Shown here: in pieces, positions 19,158-27,883 of the stretch
Layout of the letters: the number at the start of each line of letters is the position of its first letter
How positions within the stretch are numbered: the stretch's first letter is position 1
NCBI GenBank assembly: GCA_021108295.1
Contig: JAIORF010000005.1
Span: forward strand, 72,531-136,530
Source: a bacterium
GTDB lineage: Bacteria > Patescibacteriota > Dojkabacteria > SC72
DNA length: 64,000 bases
Direction: 5' to 3'
The notes under the pieces: model-generated
Told to the model about the DNA's origin: nothing
Databases searched by the model: none
Seen by the model: only the letters and a program-made list of their open reading frames with translations
Program-made: the position numbers and the translations under genes

Positions 19158-20242
19158 AGGTCGATGTAGTCATCCAGCTGTTTCTTGGTAGACTTTTCCT
19201 TGAGTTTCTTTAAAGCCTTAGCCTCTATCTGCCTAATTCGTTCTCTTGTTACACCAAATTCTCTACCTACCTCTTCCAATGTTCTAGAAACACCGTCCTC
19301 TAAGCCAAATCTTAGTTCGAGAACACGTCTTTCTCTGTCTTGCAATTCATCTAATATCCCGTGTAATTGATTCTTCAAATACTGCGCAGTTGCGTATTCA
19401 TCTGGTGTCTGTGACCATTCATCTGCGATTATATCCTGTAACTTACTATCCTTCTCATCCCCTATCGGTGTAGAAAGAGAAGAAGGATTTTGTTTAATCT
19501 TTCTAATTTCTGCAACCTTGGAAGTTTCAATATCCATTTCTTTTGCAATCTCTACATCTGTTGGTGGTCTACCAAGTTTAATAGTTAAGGTTCCAGAAAC
19601 CTTATTGAATTTGTTTATAGTTTCAATCATATGTACAGGTACACGAATTGTTCTTGCTTGATCAGCGATAGCTCTAGTAATGGCTTGTCTAATCCACCAG
19701 GTAGCATATGTGGAAAATTTAAACCCTTTTGTGTAATCAAACTTCTCTACTGCCCTCATTAAACCAATGTTGCCTTCTTGGATAAGGTCGAGTAATTCTA
19801 AGTTACTCTTGCTATACTTCTTTGCAATGCTAACTACGAGTCTTAAATTTGCAGTTGTGAGTAGTTGAGTAGCTTCCTTGTTTCCAACTTCAATTCTTTT
19901 AGCGAGTATTACCTCTTCTTCTGCAATGAGGAGAGGGATTTTACCAATTTCAAAAAGGTATGACCTTATCGCATCTGTAGATAGATTAGATTGAATGGTT
20001 TTAAGAATACGAATTTTCTTTTCGAGAGTTAATTCCTCATTCTTTGTGACTTCCTCTTCTGGTTCTTCTAATACTTCAATATCATTCTCTTGTACAGTCC
20101 TAAAGATTTCATCAAGAAGTAGAATATTATTTTCAATAGAGGGGAATACCTCTAGAATATCTTCTTGTGAAAGGAATCCTTGGGTTTTACCTTTTTCTAC
20201 AAGTAACTTAATAGCTTTTTCTTTATGTGAAATTTTGGCCAT
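19154..20242 (-). CDS. rpoD: Primary RNA polymerase sigma factor RpoD
   Basis: [44 protein letters not shown]. Confidence 0.97.
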   Translation of the reverse strand: MAKISHKEKAIKLLVEKGKTQGFLSQEDILEVFPSIENNILLLDEIFRTVQENDIEVLEEPEEEVTKNEELTLEKKIRILKTIQSNLSTDAIRSYLFEIGKIPLLIAEEEVILAKRIEVGNKEATQLLTTANLRLVVSIAKKYSKSNLELLDLIQEGNIGLMRAVEKFDYTKGFKFSTYATWWIRQAITRAIADQARTIRVPVHMIETINKFNKVSGTLTIKLGRPPTDVEIAKEMDIETSKVAEIRKIKQNPSSLSTPIGDEKDSKLQDIIADEWSQTPDEYATAQYLKNQLHGILDELQDRERRVLELRFGLEDGVSRTLEEVGREFGVTRERIRQIEAKALKKLKEKSTKKQLDDYIDL

Positions 20243-20268
20243 TTAATTTGTGTTATAATATTTAAATT

Positions 20269-20598
20269 ATGGGAGAGAACAACAGAGAACAAAAACAGTA
20301 TTTTATTGAAACAATTGCAAAGTTTTGTGATAAATGTGGTAACGCATATTCTATAAATGATTTAGAAATCATACAGGAAACTTCAATATCGAGTATTATA
20401 CACTTCTCTTGTATGAATTGCAAAGCTAGTCATATAGCGACTTTTCTTAAACCCATGGGTATTAGCAATAGGATGCCAGTTAATACAGATGTAGGAGTAG
20501 AAGAGATTAAGGGAGTGATGGCAAAAGAGGGAGTGTCTACAGACGAGATACTAGATTTATATCTTTTTCTCAAGGAAAATACTCAGATTAGAGTGTAG
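20269..20598 (+). CDS. Hypothetical zinc-finger protein
   Basis: CDKC and CMNC pairs. Confidence 0.7.
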   Translation: MGENNREQKQYFIETIAKFCDKCGNAYSINDLEIIQETSISSIIHFSCMNCKASHIATFLKPMGISNRMPVNTDVGVEEIKGVMAKEGVSTDEILDLYLFLKENTQIRV

Positions 20599-23593
20599 TC
20601 CAACTAATATCAAACTGTGTGTCAGAAACCAAATCAAATCTTCTTGTAAGTTGGTTGGAAATACTGGTTAAGTCATCACTTTCTAATATGTTCCAATCTT
20701 CTGGATACAGTATATTTAGGACATAGCTTTCTTGTTTTGAACCAGGTTGTTTGAAAATATTAAGATCAAAAAAAGCATTATCGTTTAGCATAGATACGGG
20801 GAAGTATGTTCCAAGATCTGATTTAGTAACCTTGTATTTGATAATGAAGGTGTTGCTATCTTGGATATCTGTATTAAACCACCCTCCTACAACTTTGAAA
20901 CCATTTTCGTTGTAAATATCATATTCATTGTTTTCTATTCCTGCAATACTTAGAACTTTAGATCCGCTTGGGATATATATACGAAGGTAGTTTTCATATC
21001 GTCCCTCTGGGTATACATCTTTCTTACTTTCGTTAACTACATTTATTTCATAGGTGTATGTGATAACTTTTTCATCCAAGACTATGTTTAAACTATGATC
21101 TTTTTTAAGGTAGAGGTTCGCTTTATTCCCACCCCAATTCCAGTCAATTGAGATTGGTGCAGAGAGATATTTGCTATCTAGCTGTCCATCCCAATTCTTA
21201 TCATCAAAGAACTGAGTAGCTTCATTGTTCTTAAATACTGCTTGTAGGTGTTTTTCGTTTAGGCTTTCTTCAAATATTGAAGCGATATTTGAGTATTCAC
21301 TAAAGTCTGAAGAGAGAATCTTAGTTACAGTTTCGTTTGCTAAATTCGCAAGGAAGGTTGATTTGGTAGTAGATCCGGGTGTGAATTCCTCATGCATTTT
21401 GAAGATTTTTGAGTAGAGGTTCTCGCTTGTTATTAACTCTGATTCTCCTGGGACTTCTATACCGTCCCATTTCTCAAGGAGTTTCTGTATGAAGGCTATG
21501 TCAATTGTAATGACTCCATCTAGGTCGTCCCCTTTGCCTAGGGCATTGACGAAAGTTTCTGATTCGAGTAATACCTCGTAGAGGTCTGGATACCAGTTGA
21601 CTAGAGAGAAGGAGTAGTCCGTTATCTCTAGTGAGTTTGCGAGAGATTGTGGAGGTGTAAAGGTTTTGTTTTGTATTCGTAGTGTTCCATCTGCATTGTA
21701 TATGTCGTCTACGAAGAGCTCTCTGATTTGTCCTCCTTCTATTCCTACAATTGCGTAGCTTGATATCCATCCACCCGTACTCCTTATTTCACCTTCGTTT
21801 TGTAGGAGTATGAGGAATCTTTTTCTTTCCGTATTTCCGAGTATTTTAGGTAGGAAATTGGAAATGGAAGATATTGATCCTAGAGAGGTTGTGGCTTCCG
21901 TTATGGAGCTTTTAAGGTTTAGGATGTCGTCTTGGAAGGTTTGTGGGAAATATTCAACAACTACAGAAGAAATTACCTCGTTGGCGAGCTTAAGTTTGTA
22001 TGTTCCATCGTTGGTAAGGTAGAGGTTTTCTTCAATATTGTTGAGGTAATCTCGGTATTCTCTAGTAGTGCTTGGTGTCGAGGAATCGAAGTTGATGGCT
22101 GGTTGGAAGTCTTTGATGTAGTAAGCTAGTGGTTCTAGTCCAGCAAGAAGATCATCTCCACTGTCAATGGCGTAGTCGAGTCCTAGGAAGAGGGTATCTA
22201 TTTCAGAGAGTAGGTTAGTTTTGTTTAGTAATACAAATATCCAATTAAGCCTATTAGTGTTGTGTTTGACCCTACCTAAGTGGTTTTCTATTGTATCTAG
22301 ATTGCTTCTTGCTTCATCGAAATCGTAGCTAGAGATATTGGCTTTTAGTTTGTCTGTATTCGAGGCTATTATTGTTCCTCCTATTCCTATTCCTACGATT
22401 GGTGAGAGTAAGAAATATATGAAAAGGAAGGAGAGGGTTACTAGGAGTAGGTTAAGGGACATTTTCCCGTAGTTTATCTCTGTAAAGATTTTCCCTGAAT
22501 CTTTTTTCTTAAAGATATTCTTTATCATATTCATTATTTTCCCCTTGGTAGTAGCTATTTCTAGGGTACTAGTTTTCTTTTGAGAAATTTTTTTACTTGA
22601 GATATCCCACTTTTGGTCGTGTCTTTCGTAGTATTTGTGTATTTGATTAATTAGGGTAGTTTCTAATTGGCCTTGTTGTTTCCAGCCATATTTTGAGGCG
22701 TTTGGTGCTGGTAGATATAGGTCTTGAAGGACAAGGTTAGTGCTTTTGCTTGGTACAAACTTAATTGTTTGGGCTGTCACATTCAATTCTAAGAGCTTGT
22801 ATGCGATAGAGAGCGTAGTTAGGTCAGTTTTGTTGGTAAGCGTTATTACCTCTCCTCTAGTCTTGTCTGAGAAGGTGAGTTTGAGTATTCCATAGATGGC
22901 ATCGTTTTCGTCAATGATATTATGGATGTCTAATCCCTCTCCTACGATATTGATTTGGTTTTTGCTAGTCCCGTCAGAAATGAGGTTGTGGAGTATAGGG
23001 TCGGATATCTTTTCTATGCCGTTTCCTAGTATTGTTCCCATCCTTATTATCCTCAAGTTTGCTTTTGTTTGGTCTCTGAATTCTGCTGTGAGGTTTTCGC
23101 AATATTTCTGTAGTTCAATATTGGAGTATGGTGATGGTTGTGTAACGTCATTACGGTTAATGGTGTTCGAGAGTTCTCGGTTTAATCTTAGGGAGGTTAG
23201 TATGGTGATTTTAGCTTTGAACTTTTGTGCGTATTTAAGGGATAAGTTGAGGGTGTCGGTTTCTGTTAGGAAGGTTTTGCTTGTAAAACTGTCTTCCTGT
23301 TCTAGTTTGTTGTTTAGATTGTAGTAGAGGTAGTCAATTCTTCCAAGGTTTTCTAAGAAGGGTTTTGCCCCTTTGAAATTGATGAAGGTTACGTCTCCTT
23401 TCTTTTTTAGTTGGTTAGCATATTTTTTTGTTGAGTTTGTGTATTTGTCTATTATTACTACTTGACTTCCTTGTTCTACAAGGGTTTGTGCTAGTAGGTA
23501 TCCTAGGTAATTTCCTCCGTGTATTATGATGGAGATTGGTACTTGAGCTTTTATTTTGAAGTGGTTTTTGTTATTCATCGTTGGCGTTGTCAA
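20588..23593 (-). CDS. Fusion: degenerate NAD-dependent epimerase/SDR domain, TM and DUF4012 domain
   Basis: IIIHGGNYLG...VVIID Rossmann start; LLQNEGEIRSTGGWISSY, NWYPD, DGVITID, GGNKANLY (DUF4012-type). Confidence 0.75.
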   Translation of the reverse strand: MTTPTMNNKNHFKIKAQVPISIIIHGGNYLGYLLAQTLVEQGSQVVIIDKYTNSTKKYANQLKKKGDVTFINFKGAKPFLENLGRIDYLYYNLNNKLEQEDSFTSKTFLTETDTLNLSLKYAQKFKAKITILTSLRLNRELSNTINRNDVTQPSPYSNIELQKYCENLTAEFRDQTKANLRIIRMGTILGNGIEKISDPILHNLISDGTSKNQINIVGEGLDIHNIIDENDAIYGILKLTFSDKTRGEVITLTNKTDLTTLSIAYKLLELNVTAQTIKFVPSKSTNLVLQDLYLPAPNASKYGWKQQGQLETTLINQIHKYYERHDQKWDISSKKISQKKTSTLEIATTKGKIMNMIKNIFKKKDSGKIFTEINYGKMSLNLLLVTLSFLFIYFLLSPIVGIGIGGTIIASNTDKLKANISSYDFDEARSNLDTIENHLGRVKHNTNRLNWIFVLLNKTNLLSEIDTLFLGLDYAIDSGDDLLAGLEPLAYYIKDFQPAINFDSSTPSTTREYRDYLNNIEENLYLTNDGTYKLKLANEVISSVVVEYFPQTFQDDILNLKSSITEATTSLGSISSISNFLPKILGNTERKRFLILLQNEGEIRSTGGWISSYAIVGIEGGQIRELFVDDIYNADGTLRIQNKTFTPPQSLANSLEITDYSFSLVNWYPDLYEVLLESETFVNALGKGDDLDGVITIDIAFIQKLLEKWDGIEVPGESELITSENLYSKIFKMHEEFTPGSTTKSTFLANLANETVTKILSSDFSEYSNIASIFEESLNEKHLQAVFKNNEATQFFDDKNWDGQLDSKYLSAPISIDWNWGGNKANLYLKKDHSLNIVLDEKVITYTYEINVVNESKKDVYPEGRYENYLRIYIPSGSKVLSIAGIENNEYDIYNENGFKVVGGWFNTDIQDSNTFIIKYKVTKSDLGTYFPVSMLNDNAFFDLNIFKQPGSKQESYVLNILYPEDWNILESDDLTSISNQLTRRFDLVSDTQFDISWTTL

Positions 23594-24215
23594 AGTTAAC
23601 AGGGATTGGGAAGAGGTATGCTTTTATATTAAGCATGTATCCGTTCTCAATTAGTATTGGTAGATCAAGGGTTTCGTAATTATTTGTAATTATTTGAAGG
23701 TCATATTCTTTTACTGGTAGTTCGTGTTTAGTTAAAGGGGTTTGTTTGACATATTCATCGTCTATATATATTTTGCTTGTGTCTACATCGCAGAGGATGG
23801 AGAGTGTTCCTGTGTTTCTTTTATTGTTTTGTGGTGTGTAGTAGAGGATACTTCCGTGGAGTATGCCTGCTGGTCCTATTTCTATCTCTATCCTTGAGGT
23901 TGTATTTTTCGTGAGTTTAATGTTGAAGGTTTGTTTGTTGTAGAAGGTTTCTGTATTGGAGATTCTCTCTAGTGTAACGGTATATTCTCCCTGGTCTAGG
24001 TCGTTGATTGTTAGTGGTGTTTCGCCGTATTCAACATTGTCTATACTTACTTTGGCTTTTCCATTGATGCTTATTATTTCTAAAGTAGTATTGTTGTAGA
24101 AGCGGTTGATGATTGGTAGTTTGTTTATTAGTCCATCGGTTGGTAGGAAGTAAATGAGGACAGAAAGGGCCAAAAGGGTGGTGGTAATGAGGATGGCAGT
24201 CTTAAAGTTTTTCAT
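23571..24215 (-). CDS. PEGA domain protein (two repeats)
   Basis: AKVSIDNVEYGETPL..DLDQGEYTV and SKIYIDDEYVKQTPL; N-terminal TM. Confidence 0.85.
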   Translation of the reverse strand: MKNFKTAILITTTLLALSVLIYFLPTDGLINKLPIINRFYNNTTLEIISINGKAKVSIDNVEYGETPLTINDLDQGEYTVTLERISNTETFYNKQTFNIKLTKNTTSRIEIEIGPAGILHGSILYYTPQNNKRNTGTLSILCDVDTSKIYIDDEYVKQTPLTKHELPVKEYDLQIITNNYETLDLPILIENGYMLNIKAYLFPIPVNFDNANDE

Positions 24216-24322
24216 AGGTTCATTATATGGAATCTATGCCGGTTTGTCTATTTAGTGAGGGAATATATTTGGGGATTAGAAAGAAAGGGTATAAGAATTT
24301 TTATTATTGAAAAGGGGTGGAG

Positions 24323-24378
24323 CTTGGAAGAGAAATTGTTTTGTGTTCACCAAGAATCTGGCCAATTTCCCTTCCAAG
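24323..24378. repeat. Inverted repeat/hairpin with 24-nt loop
   Basis: CTTGGAAGAGAAATTG-N24-CAATTTCCCTTCCAAG (15/16; G-U pair on minus strand). Confidence 0.75.
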
Positions 24379-24420
24379 AGGAATCCTAAAAAAACAACCG
24401 GGAACTTTTACTTTGAAGAG

Positions 24421-24462
24421 TTATGGGGGTAATCCGGATACGTTTATGTTGTCACACAACAT
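24421..24462 (-). CDS. Candidate 13-aa peptide MLCDNINVSGLPP
   Basis: SD AAAGGAGG 7 nt before ATG; TTGACA-17-TATTAT at 24533..24505. Confidence 0.35.
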   Translation of the reverse strand: MLCDNINVSGLPP

Positions 24463-24552
24463 AATAATACCTCCTTTCCTAGTCTGTTTTGGGTTTCCTA
24501 ATAAATAATAGATTAGGGGATAGGTATTGTCAAATCTTTAGTGTAACAGGCT

Positions 24553-25767
24553 TTAGTAGGAGTACTTAGACTCTGGAGAGTCTTTCTTTTTCTTAAGTTC
24601 TTCCCTATTGGCTTTATAATTGATGAAGACAATTAGAAAAAGGATTAGTGTGATACCAAAGATTATTGCAAAATATCTCATGGCTCCAGTTGTTGCAATT
24701 GCTATTGAACCAAGTAAGAAAGCAATTGAGGCTTCTGTCAGAAGAATTTGTTTACTTGAGAAGTTTAGCTTCATAAGTTGGTGGTGGAAGTGTGTAGCAT
24801 CATTTATTTTCATTAGTTCTCCCAAAGACTTTGGTTTATGTACAACCATCCTTCTTACTACTACAAAAATTGCATCAATGAGGGGTAAGCCAAGTATCAT
24901 TAGAGAGGTAGAGAACTTAGAGCCACTAATTAAGGCTAGGAGAGCCATTGTAAATCCAAACACCGATTTTGCAGGAGATCCTGACATTATCTTTTGTGGT
25001 GGAATTGCAAAAAAGAGGAAGGATAGTAGTGAACCTGCCATTACAATGGATACGGTTGAGGAGAAAAGAGTCTCGGTTCTTATCCCTATTACGAAAAGAA
25101 GGAAGAATATTACGGTTGAGTAACCTTCGAGTAGTCCTGGTGAACCTCCCACCCACTTTACTGCATTGATACAAAGCATTAACCAGAAAAAGAGTAGTAT
25201 ATCTCCAGGTAATGCTAAAGAGAGAGGTAGTCCTAGGAAGTTAAAGTCAAAGGTATAGGCGCTTAGATTGAATATATGGTTTCCAATCATTCCAATGCTT
25301 GAGAGATCTAAAATTGAGAATACTATGATTAGACAAGCTAGTATTTGATATCCAAGCTGTATTTTGGAATCTAGGTTTATAATATCGTCAAGTGCAGATC
25401 CTATGATTAGAACGAGGAGGGCAAGTAATATCGGTATTGAAAATGCGTTTAATTGGAAGCATAGGGTCATAATTAAGAAGGCAGGTATCATAATCGCTAA
25501 TCCTCCTAATGCTGGAGTTTCTATATCATGTTGAGCTTTCTGAACATTATCATACTCTTTGTTATTTCTTTTCACTTTTGGTTTGTATGTAATTCCATAC
25601 TTCCAAGCAATCTTTCCAACGATTGGAGTAAGTAGGAATGAGGAGACTATACCGATGAGTAAGATGGGTAAGAAGGCGAGATATTTAGAGAGGTCTCCTG
25701 TTGCGAAGGATGTATCTACTATATTTGTAAGATATGTGAAAAATTGAGTTGGAATTGCGTAGTCCAT
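24553..25767 (-). CDS. WecA/TagO/MraY-family (Glycos_transf_4) protein with degenerate motifs
   Basis: TPALGGLAI, GSALDD, PLIDA..RR, THFHHQL; multiple TM segments. Confidence 0.8.
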   Translation of the reverse strand: MDYAIPTQFFTYLTNIVDTSFATGDLSKYLAFLPILLIGIVSSFLLTPIVGKIAWKYGITYKPKVKRNNKEYDNVQKAQHDIETPALGGLAIMIPAFLIMTLCFQLNAFSIPILLALLVLIIGSALDDIINLDSKIQLGYQILACLIIVFSILDLSSIGMIGNHIFNLSAYTFDFNFLGLPLSLALPGDILLFFWLMLCINAVKWVGGSPGLLEGYSTVIFFLLFVIGIRTETLFSSTVSIVMAGSLLSFLFFAIPPQKIMSGSPAKSVFGFTMALLALISGSKFSTSLMILGLPLIDAIFVVVRRMVVHKPKSLGELMKINDATHFHHQLMKLNFSSKQILLTEASIAFLLGSIAIATTGAMRYFAIIFGITLILFLIVFINYKANREELKKKKDSPESKYSY

Positions 25768-25770
25768 AGT

Positions 25771-26235
25771 TTAATAGAGGTTAATTAATCTTATTAACGA
25801 TATTGTCATGATGAGTGTTCCTAAAAATGTGGTTAGTAGTAGTAGGTTGGAGAGAGTACGCTCTTTGTTGTAGTATTTGTTTGAAAAGAATAGGGTAATT
25901 ACAAAGAGTAGGCATGATACAAATGGTATGAGGTAGAGGTAGGATGAGGGAGCAAGACGTAGAGTGTTGTCTAGGTAGAGTTGGTAAAGGGGGATTTGTT
26001 TTGGAAGAAGTTGCAGATTTTCTTGTATGGCTACAACCTGTGTTGCGATTAGTGATACTGAAAGTACAATGGTGAACCACACTCCATTACTTTTTGTATA
26101 CCTTCGTGTATCCCATCTTGCACGAAATAGGTCGAACCTTTCTTTGTGCTTGGCGAAAATATTGAATGGGGATTGTTTAAGGTTGAGATTAAGTTGTTTC
26201 TCTTCGGGTTTCTTATCTTTGGTTTGTTTGCTCAT
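25771..26235 (-). CDS. Hypothetical membrane protein
   Basis: Three TM segments, LPKQIPLY motif. Confidence 0.7.
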   Translation of the reverse strand: MSKQTKDKKPEEKQLNLNLKQSPFNIFAKHKERFDLFRARWDTRRYTKSNGVWFTIVLSVSLIATQVVAIQENLQLLPKQIPLYQLYLDNTLRLAPSSYLYLIPFVSCLLFVITLFFSNKYYNKERTLSNLLLLTTFLGTLIMTISLIRLINLY

Positions 26236-26246
26236 GCTTCATTATA

Positions 26247-26978
26247 TCAAGAGCGGTTCAGGATTGATATATATTGTTCGAGTGTTAATTGGCTTGGTCG
26301 TAAAGAATGTTCTTGTTCGAGGAGTAGATATTTCGTATTTCTAAGGTTGTTTTTTAGTGTTTTGCGAGGCTGGATAAAAGAATTTCTTATTAATTTCTCT
26401 AAAGCACCTTTATCAACACTGCTGTGTCTATCATGTGGAATAAATTTGATAAAAGAGCTCATTACATTAGGCTTAGGGTAGAAATTGCTTGGTTTGATAG
26501 TGAGGAGTATTTTGCAATCAGCATAGATTTCTCTCATTAGACCTAAAAGATTTGTTTTCTTGTTGGCATATTTCTCTGCGACCTCTTTTTGGATGATAAA
26601 GAAGGCAGGATTGGTAAATGTGTCAGAAGTTATTATCTTTTTTATAATAGGTTTGGAGATATTGTATGGAAGTGATCCAAAGTATGTGGTTGGAGAAAAT
26701 GTGAGTGGTATTTCGAGAAAGTCCTGGTGCAGAATTGTAGCGTTTTTGTACACATTTGCTAATTCGGATGAAAGTATCACATCTGTCTCTACTAAAGTCA
26801 TATTTTTGGTAGCCCCATAAAAAAGCGATGTAAAAGCACCTTTGCCTGGTCCTATCTCTGTAATGTGCTCTGGAGAGTTTTCTAGGACCAAATTTACGAT
26901 GTGTTTTGCAAGCGATTTGTTGCGAAAAAAATTCTGTCCGAGTGATTTTTTTGGTTTTATTCTACTCTGAAATCCCAT
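26247..26978 (-). CDS. rsmA: 16S rRNA dimethyladenosine transferase RsmA/KsgA
   Basis: KKSLGQNF, EIGPGKG, SLPYNIS, QKEVA, FYPKPNV. Confidence 0.93.
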   Translation of the reverse strand: MGFQSRIKPKKSLGQNFFRNKSLAKHIVNLVLENSPEHITEIGPGKGAFTSLFYGATKNMTLVETDVILSSELANVYKNATILHQDFLEIPLTFSPTTYFGSLPYNISKPIIKKIITSDTFTNPAFFIIQKEVAEKYANKKTNLLGLMREIYADCKILLTIKPSNFYPKPNVMSSFIKFIPHDRHSSVDKGALEKLIRNSFIQPRKTLKNNLRNTKYLLLEQEHSLRPSQLTLEQYISILNRS

Positions 26979-27883
26979 ATGTTGTCATCTTTAATATATT
27001 CCTTATGGCAATTATCACATATTGCTTTGTTTTCTCCAAATGCGAGAGAACTTTTGCACATAGGGCATACAAGAATTTGTTGTAGTGTTTCATAGGAAGT
27101 TTCTTCCTCGTCGTCTTTATCTATCTCGGTTTTTAGGAATATGCTTGGTGGTATATTGCTGTTGGGTAGGAGTTTTTGAAAGATTTCTTCTAGAAGGGTA
27201 AGGAGGTTTGCTCCGAGGATTTTCTTAAATAGTGGTATGCGAAAGAATGAACAACCTTGTCGGTCTTTGACTTCTATATTGCAGGTTTCTAATATTTCTT
27301 TGATGTATTGTGGGTGGTAGTTAAGGAAGGATACGTCTCCATCTCTTGAGCCTTCCATATTTATTGTAGGCTGTTGGAGTGGTTCTTTGCTAAGTAGTGC
27401 TTTGTCTCTCTTAAGTAGTGCTCTAATTCTTGCTTTGAGGTGTATTTTGTTTGCAAATTCCTGAATATATATACTATCATCCTTGAGTATGCGTGTGAGC
27501 TCATTAAAGTATTCTTCTTGTCTTTCTATATGGTGGAGTACTCTAACCATTAGGCCTCCATCAAAAGAGTTTGGTCTAAAGGGCATTTTGTAAGCATTGG
27601 CGGCAATGAAGGTAACATTTGGGAATTTCTCCTTTACGATGTGTAAGTTTTTTTTGAGAGTTTTGAGAGAGTAATCTAGGACTATACATCTATCGAATTT
27701 GTTTGCGTATGTGTCTGCAAGTCTTCCGTAGGATCCTCCAATATCGATGAACCAGGAGCCGTGTTTATCTTTTAGGAATTTATCTAACACAAGGTGTTCT
27801 GCGTTGTTTTCATATTCTCTATCTTTCCAATATTTTGTGTAATCGTAGTCATAGCCGTCGTAATTTACAACTTTTTTAATCAT
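26957..27883 (-). CDS. Class I SAM methyltransferase with C-terminal Trm112-like Zn finger
   Basis: IDIGGSYGRL, MPFRPNSFD, RVLHHI; tail LVCPMCK..CDNCHKEY..DNIWDF. Confidence 0.8.
   Translation of the reverse strand: MIKKVVNYDGYDYDYTKYWKDREYENNAEHLVLDKFLKDKHGSWFIDIGGSYGRLADTYANKFDRCIVLDYSLKTLKKNLHIVKEKFPNVTFIAANAYKMPFRPNSFDGGLMVRVLHHIERQEEYFNELTRILKDDSIYIQEFANKIHLKARIRALLKRDKALLSKEPLQQPTINMEGSRDGDVSFLNYHPQYIKEILETCNIEVKDRQGCSFFRIPLFKKILGANLLTLLEEIFQKLLPNSNIPPSIFLKTEIDKDDEEETSYETLQQILVCPMCKSSLAFGENKAICDNCHKEYIKDDNIWDFRVE

Noticed and set aside
24317-24508. + strand 63-aa ORF
   Set aside because: No recognisable protein features; expression signals point to the - strand.
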